This document shows positions 29,375-39,752 of a stretch of DNA of 53,270 nucleotides, piece by piece; within the stretch, counting starts at the first letter, position 1; every line of letters starts with the position of its first letter. Location: assembly GCA_027459745.1 (NCBI GenBank), contig DAIDHL010000008.1, positions 1 to 53,270 of the forward strand. Reading direction: 5' to 3'. The stretch comes from Candidatus Levyibacteriota bacterium. Its GTDB lineage: Bacteria > Patescibacteriota > Microgenomatia > Levybacterales > UBA12049. The position numbers were made by a program, and so were the translations under genes. Under the pieces are notes generated by a model, which saw only the letters and a program-made list of their open reading frames with translations, did no database searches and was not told the origin of the DNA.

Positions 29375-30535
29375 TCACCCCCTAATTACGTGTATCTCCC
29401 CCCGATACATTCCCATACTACACATAAATGAAATATCGCCAGGTTGACTCGGAGCAGTAAATGCAATCGTACCAGATGTTCCCATAGGTACACTTTTTTG
29501 TATACCCAAGCTTGGAATTGTGAACGTTTGTGTACATCCTTGTCCCCCTGTATTTGTTAAATGAAGAGTAATTGGAGTACCAGCTTTTACCGTTAAGTTA
29601 TTTGGGTTGTATCCACTTGCAGTAATTTCAACTTTTGCATCACTCACAGCATTTGCTACCGCAACTACCCCTGTATTACCGTTACATGTACTCACTATAC
29701 ACCAAACGGAAGTAAAAAAATTATCTAAGGTATACTTACTTCCCGTGAGTGCAAGCGCATTATTTGCATTATAGACAGCTAAAAGAATAATGGCATATGC
29801 TGCGAAACGCATAAATTTTTGGTTTAAAGAATCTCCTAATCTGGTCGCAAAATACCCAAGAAGGAAAAAAACAGGAGAAGTACCAAGAATAAAAGCAAAA
29901 AGAATTAATGCTCCAGTAATAGGCTTACCACTCGCAATAGCCAGTGCCATCATGGCTTGTGTAGTGCCACAGGGAATAAAGACAGTGAATGCGCCAAGAA
30001 GACCAGGAGCAAACATATCCTTACTTTTTGATTGTTTTCGAACGAGACGAGTCAAAAATCTTGGCGGCTGGATAACAAAATAACGAAAAATAGGATGGAC
30101 ATTTAAAATATTCAAGGCTGTTCCAACCATAAATATTGCTACAGCGAATTGGAGAATCGTTCGCAAAGTTAAAGATAACTGGAACGCTGAACCGAGAAAT
30201 CCTAGTAGTAAGCCAAGTAGTGTATAGGCAATAAGTTTTGCACCAAGAAATGTCAAAATTGGCATTGCAGAACCTGTTTTTACTTTGTCAGATAAACGCT
30301 CTTCTTCACGCTGTGCAATCGTTGCTGCAAGCAATCCTCCTTGTACTGCCATGCACGTGAGTCCTCCTGTGATAAGTCCTGTTAGGAAAATCGCCCAAAG
30401 ACTGGTGCTTCCGGTTGTTCCTCCGACTGATCCTGCAAATTGATTTAAAACTAATAACAATGCAATGACTCCAATAGAAGTAGCAACCGTTATTTTTAGA
30501 GTAGATTTTTTTATGCGTATTGTCGTTGTTTGCAT
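29375..30535 (-). CDS. DsbD_2/TauE-like membrane protein fused to a C-terminal cupredoxin domain
   Basis: GGLTCMAVQGG, FIPCG; C-terminal GY.PN, GC, FMCSMGMYRG. Confidence 0.8.
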   Translation of the reverse strand: MQTTTIRIKKSTLKITVATSIGVIALLLVLNQFAGSVGGTTGSTSLWAIFLTGLITGGLTCMAVQGGLLAATIAQREEERLSDKVKTGSAMPILTFLGAKLIAYTLLGLLLGFLGSAFQLSLTLRTILQFAVAIFMVGTALNILNVHPIFRYFVIQPPRFLTRLVRKQSKSKDMFAPGLLGAFTVFIPCGTTQAMMALAIASGKPITGALILFAFILGTSPVFFLLGYFATRLGDSLNQKFMRFAAYAIILLAVYNANNALALTGSKYTLDNFFTSVWCIVSTCNGNTGVVAVANAVSDAKVEITASGYNPNNLTVKAGTPITLHLTNTGGQGCTQTFTIPSLGIQKSVPMGTSGTIAFTAPSQPGDISFMCSMGMYRGEIHVIRG

Positions 30536-30542
30536 AGTGTCT

Positions 30543-30556
30543 CCTACATAGTGTAG
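30543..30556. promoter_or_regulatory. BlaI-type operator over the RBS
   Basis: CCTACA-TAG-TGTAG just upstream of the start at 30535. Confidence 0.7.
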
Positions 30557-30590
30557 TATTTAAAATTAGATTTTACAATATCGTAAATAA

Positions 30591-31313
30591 TTAGCCTACA
30601 CTAATAATAGTAAAGGCTTCGCCATATTCTAAATTTGCTCTTTTACCAGTATCCTGTGACATATTTTTCCAGCTTTTTCGCAATTGTTCTCGATCAGTCA
30701 TTTGGCTCTTATGTTCTAATCGTGCGTTTACTTTTCGTTCAAAACCCTCTTCAATATCGATATAATTCGTAGCGTTCGCACTTGCAAACATCCAGATTGT
30801 TTTAACGATGTGGGGTTGTACGCTATCTTTTAATTGTTCAGGAAACATATTTTTATCTCTTGCTAAAGGATAGACGCTATCAAGTGTTGCTCTTCCAACT
30901 GCTCTATGATCTGGATGACTGATGTAGAGCGGTAAACTAAATTCAGGGTCATATGTAAAGACTACTGATGGTTTCCATTGTCGTACATACCATACTATTT
31001 TCTCTCGTAATTCTTTTGTATTTTCGACTTCTCCATCTGGTACACGAAGAAACACTACTTCTTCAACTCCAAAAATTTTACTTGCAGCAATTGCTTCGTT
31101 TTCTCTCAAAGAGTTTTTTCGTGTTCCATTATCTCCCGATGTGACAAGTAATAATCTCACTGAACAGTTATTATCTTTTGCTAAAGCAATAGTTCCTGCA
31201 CATTCGCTCTCAATATCATCAGGATGAGCGGAGACTACCATAATCATTTCGTTTTGTGGTGGTTTTATGATTTTATTCTCTGTTTCCAGCCAATATTGTA
31301 ACCCTGTTTTCAT
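30591..31313 (-). CDS. PIG-L/LmbE family deacetylase
   Basis: AHPDDIE, VTSGD.G, HPDHR, HKSQ. Confidence 0.88.
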   Translation of the reverse strand: MKTGLQYWLETENKIIKPPQNEMIMVVSAHPDDIESECAGTIALAKDNNCSVRLLLVTSGDNGTRKNSLRENEAIAASKIFGVEEVVFLRVPDGEVENTKELREKIVWYVRQWKPSVVFTYDPEFSLPLYISHPDHRAVGRATLDSVYPLARDKNMFPEQLKDSVQPHIVKTIWMFASANATNYIDIEEGFERKVNARLEHKSQMTDREQLRKSWKNMSQDTGKRANLEYGEAFTIISVG

Positions 31314-31314
31314 A

Positions 31315-33543
31315 TTAGATTTTCGCCCTTTTTAATAATAATGAATTTGACACAACTGAAATACTGGACATTGCCATCGCAGCTGAAGCGAGAACTGGTG
31401 GGAGGAGTAAGTGAAAGAATGGATAAAGAACTCCTGCTGCAACAGGAATAAGAAGAATATTATAACCAAAAGCCCAAACCAGATTTATTTTAATTGTTCT
31501 CATTGTTTTTTTTGAAAGTGTGATAGCAGATGAAACAGAGCCTAAATTTTTATTCACTAGGGTTATGTCTGCTGCTTCAATTGCAACGTCTGTGCCTGAT
31601 CCCATTGCAATTCCCAAGTCAGCTGCTGCGAGAGCTGGTGCATCATTGATGCCGTCCCCGACCATTGCAACTTTTTTGCCTTCTGCCTGAATTTTTTTGA
31701 GCTCTGCCTCTTTTTGCTCTGGTAATACTTCGGCAAGAACTCTGGTGATACCTACTTGTTGTGCAATCGCTTCAGCCGTTCGTTTATTATCACCAGTTAT
31801 CATAACAACCTCAATTCCCATCTTCTGTAATCTCTCAACACCCTCTTTTGCTGATGCTTTGACAGTATCCGCAACAGCAATAAGCGCAGACAGTCTGCCA
31901 TCAATCGTGAGAAACATTGTTGTTTTCCCTTCAGTTTCCAATTTACTCACAAGCTCATTTACGTGTGCAACTCCGACGTGTTTTGTTTCCATAAGGCGTT
32001 TATTGCCAAAATGCAGCACTTTCCCATCAACTTTTCCTTCAACTCCGTGGCCTGGGATTGCTTGAAAGTTTTCAACAGGGAGAAAATTAATTTGTTGCTT
32101 TTCAGCTTCTTTGACAATCGCTTCTGCCAAAGCGTGCTCTGAGCCTTTTTCAAGGGATGCAACGAGACTTAATATCTTATCTTTATCTTCATTCTGCCCA
32201 GTAATAATATCAGTAACGACAGGTTTGCCATTGGTAAGTGTTCCTGTTTTATCAAAAATAATGGTATTTATTTTATGGGCTGTTTCCAAACTTTCGGCAT
32301 CTTTAATTAATATCCCATTTTCTGCCCCTTTGCCGGTGCCAACCATGATAGCAGTAGGAGTTGCAAGTCCCATTGCGCACGGACAGGCAATAATAAGAAC
32401 AGCTACCATATTCAGAAGAGCGAAAAGTAATGCCGGAGTTTGACCAAAATCGTACCAGATTGCAAAAGTAGCCAACGCTAGCATTAAGACAATTGGGACA
32501 AAGTATGAAGAAATCAAATCTGCAATACGCTGAATTGGTGCTTTACTTCCTTGCGCTTCCGAAACTAGTTTAATAATTTGCGAAAGCATCGTATCAGAAC
32601 CTATTTTTGTCGCTTTATATAAAAATGTACCTGATTTATTCAGTGTTGCTCCAACAACTGTGTCGCCAATTGTTTTTTCAACAGGAATTGATTCACCCGT
32701 TATCATTGATTCATCGAGCGACGAGTCTCCTTCTGAAATTTGCCCATCGGTTGGTACTTTTTCACCAGGTCTGACTCGAATACTATCGCCAATTTCGACT
32801 TTGTCTATCGGTATATCAATTTCATTTCCATCACGAACGACTCGTGCAGTTTTTGCTTGGAGTCCGGCAAGTTTTCTTATTGCATCTGACGTTTGACTTT
32901 TTGCACGGGATTCAAAATAACGACCTAAAAGAATTAATCCAATGATAATAGTTGACGTATCAAAAAATGGCATAGGACTAATACCTAAACCATGAAAGAT
33001 TTGTGGAAAGAAAGTAACTACAACAGAATAGAAATATGCGACACTTGTACCAATGGCAACTAGAGTGTCCATATTCGCACTTCTATGTCTTAGAGAATTA
33101 AATGTTGAACGATAAAATTCCCATCCTGCCCATAATTGTACAGGTGTGGCAAAGAAAAATTGAAGCAAGGGATTTTGTAGAAAACTTGGAGCAGTATTCA
33201 TAATTCCTGGAAAACTACCCCATAAAATAAGTCCACCAAACAGGAGACTAAAAATAACTTTGTTTCGAAGTAGAGTGAGCTCTTTTTGTTTCTCTTTTTT
33301 CTGTTCTTCTTCTGACTTTATTTCTTCATCAACTAATGCTCTGTATCCAACGTTTTTAACCGCTGAGGCAATGTGATCTTTTGTTACCTTCGTTTTGTCA
33401 TAGGTAACTGTTGCCTGTTCAGTTGCCAAATTCACAGCACAATCTGTAACTCCATCAACTTTTTTCACTGCGCGTTCAATCACTCGAACACATGATGCAC
33501 AGTGCATGCCTTTAATAGGATATATTTTTTTCGTTTCTTCCAT
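31315..33543 (-). CDS. copA: Copper-exporting P1B-1 ATPase
   Basis: [33 protein letters not shown]. Confidence 0.93.
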   Translation of the reverse strand: MEETKKIYPIKGMHCASCVRVIERAVKKVDGVTDCAVNLATEQATVTYDKTKVTKDHIASAVKNVGYRALVDEEIKSEEEQKKEKQKELTLLRNKVIFSLLFGGLILWGSFPGIMNTAPSFLQNPLLQFFFATPVQLWAGWEFYRSTFNSLRHRSANMDTLVAIGTSVAYFYSVVVTFFPQIFHGLGISPMPFFDTSTIIIGLILLGRYFESRAKSQTSDAIRKLAGLQAKTARVVRDGNEIDIPIDKVEIGDSIRVRPGEKVPTDGQISEGDSSLDESMITGESIPVEKTIGDTVVGATLNKSGTFLYKATKIGSDTMLSQIIKLVSEAQGSKAPIQRIADLISSYFVPIVLMLALATFAIWYDFGQTPALLFALLNMVAVLIIACPCAMGLATPTAIMVGTGKGAENGILIKDAESLETAHKINTIIFDKTGTLTNGKPVVTDIITGQNEDKDKILSLVASLEKGSEHALAEAIVKEAEKQQINFLPVENFQAIPGHGVEGKVDGKVLHFGNKRLMETKHVGVAHVNELVSKLETEGKTTMFLTIDGRLSALIAVADTVKASAKEGVERLQKMGIEVVMITGDNKRTAEAIAQQVGITRVLAEVLPEQKEAELKKIQAEGKKVAMVGDGINDAPALAAADLGIAMGSGTDVAIEAADITLVNKNLGSVSSAITLSKKTMRTIKINLVWAFGYNILLIPVAAGVLYPFFHLLLPPVLASAAMAMSSISVVSNSLLLKRAKI

Positions 33544-33544
33544 A

Positions 33545-33904
33545 TTATTTAATGATGATTTTCCCGTGATACATATTCATTCCACATGCATACGTAAACT
33601 CTCCTGCTTCAGTTGGTTTTAGTTCAATAGTTACCTTTTTATTCATTGGTAAATATCTTCTCGTTTTTAAATCACCAAGTACCACTTCTTCTAAACAATT
33701 GCTTGAGTCTTTGCGGATAAAGTTAATTTTTGTTGTTTTACCTTTTTTAATTGCAATTGTAGCGGGGGAATATCCTCCATCTACGATAATATCGACTGAA
33801 TCAGAAACCTCTGTAGCTTTTTCATTCTTCATCAAGAAAAACCAATAGACAAAGAAAATTGCAAAAATATCAGTAAAAGTAACAAGTAATTTATCTATTG
33901 GCAT
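33545..33904 (-). CDS. Cupredoxin-domain protein (CupA-like)
   Basis: [20 protein letters not shown]. Confidence 0.85.
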   Translation of the reverse strand: MPIDKLLVTFTDIFAIFFVYWFFLMKNEKATEVSDSVDIIVDGGYSPATIAIKKGKTTKINFIRKDSSNCLEEVVLGDLKTRRYLPMNKKVTIELKPTEAGEFTYACGMNMYHGKIIIK

Positions 33905-33907
33905 ATA

Positions 33908-34426
33908 TTAGTCTCCACATGTCGTGCTTTTCTTCGCCATTTTTGTCATATAGTCTTTTGTAACCGCTTGAGAGAGAAGAGCAGCATCGTTACTGCCAAT
34001 AAAGACAACTAAACTTTCATCTGGTTGAATAGGCTGAGATTGAAAGTTAGCAATTTGTTTTCCGTTTATATACCCAGTTGTTTTTGTATAGTCAATTGGA
34101 AAGCTGATGTTGGTGAACAAATCTCTCCACGTCGCTCCATCCCGTTCAACATGTACCAAATCACCAACATTCTCATGTAAATGAGCTTTTTCCATTTGTA
34201 TCGTCTTACTATTTTCATTTTTATTCGTTTCATTTATCGCACAAGGTTCTATGTACATATATTTAATATCTGAAAAGTCTATTTTTTTATTATTTTGGAA
34301 AACGACAAATCCAGCATGGTAATGGACTTTTTTAGGAGTAAAAAAATTATTTGAAGCGAAGATGAGTGATGTGCCTAACAAGATAAATACAATGATTACT
34401 ACGATGTAAAAAAACTTTTTTTGCAT
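33908..34426 (-). CDS. Membrane-anchored His-motif protein
   Basis: VHYHAG, AHLHE, VHVE, Cys pair. Confidence 0.7.
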   Translation of the reverse strand: MQKKFFYIVVIIVFILLGTSLIFASNNFFTPKKVHYHAGFVVFQNNKKIDFSDIKYMYIEPCAINETNKNENSKTIQMEKAHLHENVGDLVHVERDGATWRDLFTNISFPIDYTKTTGYINGKQIANFQSQPIQPDESLVVFIGSNDAALLSQAVTKDYMTKMAKKSTTCGD

Positions 34427-34431
34427 AAAGA

Positions 34432-34704
34432 TTACGACTTTTTGTTAAAGACTTGCATAATTTCAGCTATCGCTTCTTTATCTTTCCCTTTTCTGATTGC
34501 ATCTGAAACACAAGTTTGTAAATGATTTTCGAGGACAACATTGCTCGTTTGTTTCAGCGCACTTTCCACTGCCTGCATTTGATGCAATACATCAATGCAA
34601 TAGGCATCTTCTTGTACCATCTTCATAATTTTCTCCAAATGTCCTTTTGTAATTCGTAAACGATGATAGATTCTCTCTTGTGTGTCTTTTGGTCTATACG
34701 CCAT
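34432..34704 (-). CDS. csoR: CsoR family copper-sensing repressor
   Basis: YC.DVL.Q..AV, HLQTCV; ATG start at 34704. Confidence 0.9.
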   Translation of the reverse strand: MAYRPKDTQERIYHRLRITKGHLEKIMKMVQEDAYCIDVLHQMQAVESALKQTSNVVLENHLQTCVSDAIRKGKDKEAIAEIMQVFNKKS

Positions 34705-34753
34705 ATATCCCCCCAATAGAGATATTGTCTAACAGAATGTAATAACTTGTCAA
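34705..34753 (-). promoter_or_regulatory. csoR promoter and C/G-tract operator
   Basis: ATATCCCCCC-A-ATAGAGATAT pseudo-palindrome at 34705-34725; minus-strand TTGACA at ~34753-34748. Confidence 0.6.
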
Positions 34754-34825
34754 GAGTCAATCGGTTTAGTTAAAAAATGGAAGGGGAAGAAAAATCTTTT
34801 TAGTATCTAAGCCAAAAATGGATTA

Positions 34826-35026
34826 CTACAGATCACTAGTCTTAATTGCTTCAATCATCTTTTTATTTCTCTCCTCAGCATAGTGATTATTCACAATAAA
34901 TAATGCAAGAATAACCGAGGGAAACCAGAAAAAGAAAAGCAAAATGATACTTACAAAAAATAATCCAATTCTCCCGCAAAGAAGGATTGCTAATGGTGGA
35001 AAAATAATTGCAAGTAAATAAAGCAT
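34826..35026 (-). CDS. YqaE/Pmp3 family small membrane protein
   Basis: YLLAIIFPPLAILLCG...WFPSVILA. Confidence 0.75.
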   Translation of the reverse strand: MLYLLAIIFPPLAILLCGRIGLFFVSIILLFFFWFPSVILALFIVNNHYAEERNKKMIEAIKTSDL

Positions 35027-35161
35027 ATTTACTGATATAGTTTAATACATTGTTGAGGCTATTGCAATTCGTGAATTTTTCTGGTATACCTTTCTTACAA
35101 TTTTCTGTTGCCCAATTGAGCAGCTTTTTTTGTCTAAAAATATTAAGGAAAGGAGGCATAT

Positions 35162-35503
35162 ATGAAAAAACTTATTTATCTCTCATCACTGTTATTAACA
35201 ATGCTTATTGCAGTCACACCAGTCTATGCGGCTTCAGCAGATGTTACAAAAATCCAAACCTTTATCGAAAGTATTACAGGTATTCTTACAACGTTAGCTA
35301 GTGCTGTTGCAATAGGATTTTTTGTCTGGGGTGGATTTGGATATATCACAAGTTCAGGTAACCCAGAACATTTAGATCGGTCTAAAAAAACACTGCTTTA
35401 TTCAGCCATTGGTCTAGCAATCGTTCTTGGTGCCTTTATGTTATCGAACATTGTGACACAAGTAGCAACTAGTGCTTTTGGAGCAGCTCCTACAGGGCAA
35501 TAA
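35162..35503 (+). CDS. TrbC/VirB2-like pilin
   Basis: Signal peptide, two hydrophobic helices around GGFGYITSSGNPE; strong RBS. Confidence 0.8.
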   Translation: MKKLIYLSSLLLTMLIAVTPVYAASADVTKIQTFIESITGILTTLASAVAIGFFVWGGFGYITSSGNPEHLDRSKKTLLYSAIGLAIVLGAFMLSNIVTQVATSAFGAAPTGQ

Positions 35504-35518
35504 GTTGATACTCACATT

Positions 35519-36820
35519 ATGAAAAAGATATTTAACAGTCTAGCCATACTGATTGGTTTTTTTATGTATGCTCCACCTGTTTTTGCAGTTGGTTCGGATA
35601 TACAAAATTACACATCCGATACATTACAAAGTATCATCCTCATCGCGTCCGCTTTAGCGGGCTTTTTTTTAGTTAAGGGAGGGTATTTCTATATTACCTC
35701 CTCTGGTAATCCTGAGAATTTAGAGAGCGCAAAACGAACGATTCGGAATGCGGTCATAGGTCTTCTATTGGTGTTAAGCGCAGGATTTATCGTGACACTC
35801 CTTCAAAATACATTTACTGGTCAAATAACGCTGAACAGTCCATCTTCCGTCTCACTTACTCCTATTGCCCCACAACTACCAACGGATGGCGTCGGTACAG
35901 TAATGATCAATGGCATTAATGCAATCATGCAAAATATTATTCAGAGTGCAACCAAACCACTCCTTGATGCGATCATTGGGTACTTAACAACTACTCCCAG
36001 TTTATTAAGTAATGCTGTTGTGTTTAACTTTTGGCTAGTCACCCTAGGCATTGCTGACGCGTTATTTGTTCTAGTCGTTGCAGTCTTGGGACTTCAAGTC
36101 ATGTCTGCGAGTAGCTTTGGATTTGAAGAGATAGAATTAAAACATTTACTCCCACGAATTAGCTTAGCATTCTTAGGAGCCAATGTTTCATTATTTTTAT
36201 GTGACTATGTGATTACTACCTGTAACGCACTTGTGTCAGAAGTACTTCATACGACCGGAGGATTAGATCACGCGTGGGTAGTCAATGCGGCAACGTACCA
36301 AGCAATTGGGAGTAACCAAGCTCCTATGATTACGCTTATTTTTTTACTCCTCTTTATTATTATCGCAATTATTCTTCTGTTTATGTATGTAGTACGCCTT
36401 ATTGTGATTGCATTATCTGGAGTACTTGCACCATTTATCTTCTTACTTTGGGCAATACCAAAATTCTCTGATTTTGCAGAAGCTGGCGTTCGAGGATATT
36501 TAGCCACTGTCTTTATAATATTTGTGCATGTCATAGTTATTCAACTTGCTGCTTCATTTCTTTCCCTTCCAGATCATGCAAATAACTCCATTTTAGCTGT
36601 CGTTATTGCCATAGGGTTATTTTTAACACTTTTAAAGATCCCAACCTGGTTATTCCAAATGATGTTTTATACAAGCCGAGTTGGCTCACTCAAACGCATG
36701 GGTGCACAGATGCTTAACGCCATGACAACACATAAAACAGAAGATAATACTATTGGTTCTCAACCCTCATATGGAGTAGATGCTGAGATACAAAAAAGAA
36801 GGAGATATATAAACGCATGA
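35519..36820 (+). CDS. Pilin domain fused to a VirB6/TrbL-like polytopic protein
   Basis: N-terminal pilin repeat, then about 6 TMs with R...L...AP...W..P. Confidence 0.72.
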   Translation: MKKIFNSLAILIGFFMYAPPVFAVGSDIQNYTSDTLQSIILIASALAGFFLVKGGYFYITSSGNPENLESAKRTIRNAVIGLLLVLSAGFIVTLLQNTFTGQITLNSPSSVSLTPIAPQLPTDGVGTVMINGINAIMQNIIQSATKPLLDAIIGYLTTTPSLLSNAVVFNFWLVTLGIADALFVLVVAVLGLQVMSASSFGFEEIELKHLLPRISLAFLGANVSLFLCDYVITTCNALVSEVLHTTGGLDHAWVVNAATYQAIGSNQAPMITLIFLLLFIIIAIILLFMYVVRLIVIALSGVLAPFIFLLWAIPKFSDFAEAGVRGYLATVFIIFVHVIVIQLAASFLSLPDHANNSILAVVIAIGLFLTLLKIPTWLFQMMFYTSRVGSLKRMGAQMLNAMTTHKTEDNTIGSQPSYGVDAEIQKRRRYINA

Positions 36821-37329
36821 GAACAAGAATAATTCCAGCACAAATTACAACCGTTGAAGATAAAATTGCTGGCAATATAAGTGTGACACAATTACTTATC
36901 CTGATGATCCCAGTTATATTTACGACCAGTGTATTTATTTTGTTGCCACCGCACATGCAGATTAATGCATATAAGCTGGTATTTTCGTCTATAGTTCTGA
37001 TTGTCAATCTTATACTCGCATTTAGATTTAAAGGGAAGGTTATCGCCCACTGGCTCATTATCCTTCTTCGTTACAATATGCGTCCACGATGGTATGTTTT
37101 AGATAAGAATGAATCATACCTTCGAACAATGCATGTACCAACACTAAAGAAATTACATAAACATGCGGCACAATCATCAAAGATTCAAGATGCCAAACCA
37201 GTTGTAAAAGATATTTCTTTTCCAGGACTTGTGCAACTTGAGCAATTAATCAAAGACCCAGCATATACCTTTTCATTAAAACTTAAGAAGAGAGGAGGAC
37301 TGCAAGTTGCTCTTAAACAAATCTCATAA
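36817..37329 (+). CDS. PrgI/VirB3-like protein
   Basis: IPAQITTVEDKIAG.IS..QL, 2 TMs; ATGA coupling. Confidence 0.78.
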   Translation: MRTRIIPAQITTVEDKIAGNISVTQLLILMIPVIFTTSVFILLPPHMQINAYKLVFSSIVLIVNLILAFRFKGKVIAHWLIILLRYNMRPRWYVLDKNESYLRTMHVPTLKKLHKHAAQSSKIQDAKPVVKDISFPGLVQLEQLIKDPAYTFSLKLKKRGGLQVALKQIS

Positions 37330-37921
37330 AGCGTCAAGTAGACGACAAATTCAAATCAAAGAAGTAAAAGATAACATATTGGTACTACCTGATAACCAAT
37401 ATCGGTTAATACTGGAAACAAGTAGTATTAATTTTGAATTAAAAAGTGAGGAAGAACAAGATGTCTTGATTGATAGTTTCCAAAGCTTTTTGAATGCCCT
37501 TCCCTGTCCTCTCCAAATGCTTATTCGTGTTCGAGAAATAGATATAGAAGCATATATCGAACAAATAACACATAACAAAAATACAGAGAAAGAAGAAGTG
37601 TATAGAGAACAAATTGACAGCTACGCTGCTTTTATTAGAAAAGTTGTTTCTGGAAATAAAATTCTATCCCGTCGTTTCTATGTGGTGATTCCATATCACT
37701 CAATTGATCGAAAACACGACTTTTCAATCATTAGCGAGCATCTTAATTTGTCACGAGATATTGTTATGCGAGGTATTGAAAAATTAGGAATGAAAGCACG
37801 TCAGCTTAACAGTATCGAACTTCTCGATTTATTTTATTCGTTCTATAACCAAACAGCGAGCAAGACTCAGGAACTAAAAGGACAAACAATCGAAACAATT
37901 CTACAAAATACCTATGCTTAA
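37307..37921 (+). CDS. TraC/VirB4 N-terminal-like protein
   Basis: SSINFELKSEEEQ...FLNAL..P.Q, RRFYVVIP. Confidence 0.72.
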   Translation: MLLNKSHKASSRRQIQIKEVKDNILVLPDNQYRLILETSSINFELKSEEEQDVLIDSFQSFLNALPCPLQMLIRVREIDIEAYIEQITHNKNTEKEEVYREQIDSYAAFIRKVVSGNKILSRRFYVVIPYHSIDRKHDFSIISEHLNLSRDIVMRGIEKLGMKARQLNSIELLDLFYSFYNQTASKTQELKGQTIETILQNTYA

Positions 37922-39749
37922 CTTACCACAATTACCAATTGCACAGTTACAAAGAATTGATTTGCAAAAGATGCAAAAGCAATTAAGAAGGAAAATAAAA
38001 AAGTATTTGAGCAAAAAAGAGAAACTCAAACAATCATTCCAGTTTAACTTTGGAGAGCAAGATCAGATTGATCTACTTTCGTACTCAGGGCTTGAGGAGA
38101 ACTCGTCATATCTGCAAATGGATGATAAATTTGTTCGAACACTTTTTATCTCAGGCTATCCATACGTCGCAACAACGGGCTGGCTCAATATGCTGATTAA
38201 CTTTAATTACAATAGTGATATCTCTTATCACATAGAGCAAATTGATCCGCTCCTCGCACTTCCAAAACTAACAAGAAAAATAACAGAGCTTGAAGCAACA
38301 AAACGAGCAATGATCAAAAGTGGAAAAATAATAGGATCAGAAATTACAGATCCTTTAGATTCAGCTATTACACTAAAAGATAAGATTCTGAGAGGACAGG
38401 AAAAACTGTTTCAAATTTCAATATATATAACTCTCACGTCAGATAGCTTGAATGAACTCAATAAAGTATCGACAATTCTGCAAACCGTGATGTCCAGTCG
38501 TTTGTTCTACATTAAGTCTGCAACATTTCAGCAGCTCGAAGGATTACAATCAACACTTCCTCGTGGAGAAAATATATTATTACAGAGACGGAATTTAGAT
38601 AGTTCAAGTGCAGCCTTAACATTTCCATTTATCTCAAGTGAGTTAGTCCAGGAATCAGGGATTTTATATGGGATTAATCGATCAAATAACTCTTTAGTTA
38701 TTATTGATAGGTATTCACTCAATAATGCTAATGCAATTGTCTTTGCACAGTCAGGTAGTGGAAAAAGTTACACAGCTAAAGTGGAAATTCTTCGTCATTT
38801 AATGCAAGGAACCAAAGTGATTGTCATTGATCCTGAGCGGGAATATAAACAGTTGGCTCAGTCAGTCAACGGTACATATATTAAATTATCGAGTACCTCA
38901 AAAGAAAAAATAAACCCATTTGACTTTTCTCTCCACTCTCATGCCAATGAAGCAACGCTTGCTGAACATGTCCAGGATCTAACAGAGATCATTGCGCTTA
39001 TGGTCGGTAGTTTATCGCCAGAAGAGAGAGCAATTGTTGATAAGGCAATACTTCAGACATATAAAAATTTTGGCTTCACACTTACTGGGAAGCGAAAACT
39101 AAAAAGTAAAAAAGAAGAATTCCCATTACTTATCGATCTATATACAGTTCTTAAGCATATGAAGCAAAAAGATTTATGTGCACGTCTTGAGCGGTTCGTC
39201 AAAGGATCTTTGGCAAGTGTGTTTAATGAGCAAACGAATATAGAGCTAGATAATCGATTGGTTATTTTTGATATCAAAGATCTTCATGAATCGTTACGCC
39301 AAATTATGATGATAGCAATTGCTAATTTTGTGAATACACAAGTGAAATCTTTTCCACAAAAGAGAATGTTGGTGATTGATGAAGGTTGGATGCTATTAGA
39401 ACACGTTGAATCAGCAAGATTTATCGCAGGACTTGTCAGAAGAGCAAGAAAATATTATTTGGGAGTGACTATTATTTCCCAACAAGCCAATGATTTCTTA
39501 AGCCAAGATTATGGTCGAGCAATTGCCAGTCAATCCAGTCTTCGAGTTCTGATGCGACAAGACACAACAACTATTAAAAAAGTTGCTCAAGAATTTCATC
39601 TTAGTGAATATGAACAACAGTTCCTTCTTACCTGTGATCGCGGAGAAGCATTAATTATTGCAGATCAGAATCATGTCGCCGTCAAAGTCGTCGCTAGTGA
39701 GAAAGAACATCCATTGCTGACAACTGATCCTAAGGAGATTTATCTTTAG
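37914..39749 (+). CDS. virB4: VirB4-like conjugative ATPase
   Basis: AQSGSGKS, IDPEREY, INPF, IDEGW, RRARKY, ISQ. Confidence 0.88.
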   Translation: MLNLPQLPIAQLQRIDLQKMQKQLRRKIKKYLSKKEKLKQSFQFNFGEQDQIDLLSYSGLEENSSYLQMDDKFVRTLFISGYPYVATTGWLNMLINFNYNSDISYHIEQIDPLLALPKLTRKITELEATKRAMIKSGKIIGSEITDPLDSAITLKDKILRGQEKLFQISIYITLTSDSLNELNKVSTILQTVMSSRLFYIKSATFQQLEGLQSTLPRGENILLQRRNLDSSSAALTFPFISSELVQESGILYGINRSNNSLVIIDRYSLNNANAIVFAQSGSGKSYTAKVEILRHLMQGTKVIVIDPEREYKQLAQSVNGTYIKLSSTSKEKINPFDFSLHSHANEATLAEHVQDLTEIIALMVGSLSPEERAIVDKAILQTYKNFGFTLTGKRKLKSKKEEFPLLIDLYTVLKHMKQKDLCARLERFVKGSLASVFNEQTNIELDNRLVIFDIKDLHESLRQIMMIAIANFVNTQVKSFPQKRMLVIDEGWMLLEHVESARFIAGLVRRARKYYLGVTIISQQANDFLSQDYGRAIASQSSLRVLMRQDTTTIKKVAQEFHLSEYEQQFLLTCDRGEALIIADQNHVAVKVVASEKEHPLLTTDPKEIYL

Positions 39750-39752
39750 ACC

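Noticed and set aside
25386-33543. Similarity between the two ATPase genes as an invertible or recently duplicated segment
   Set aside because: Similarity is limited to family motifs; N-termini and TM motifs differ.
34887-35301. ORFs 34887-35159 (-) and 35050-35301 (+)
   Set aside because: They overlap the better-supported Pmp3 and pilin genes and show no motifs.
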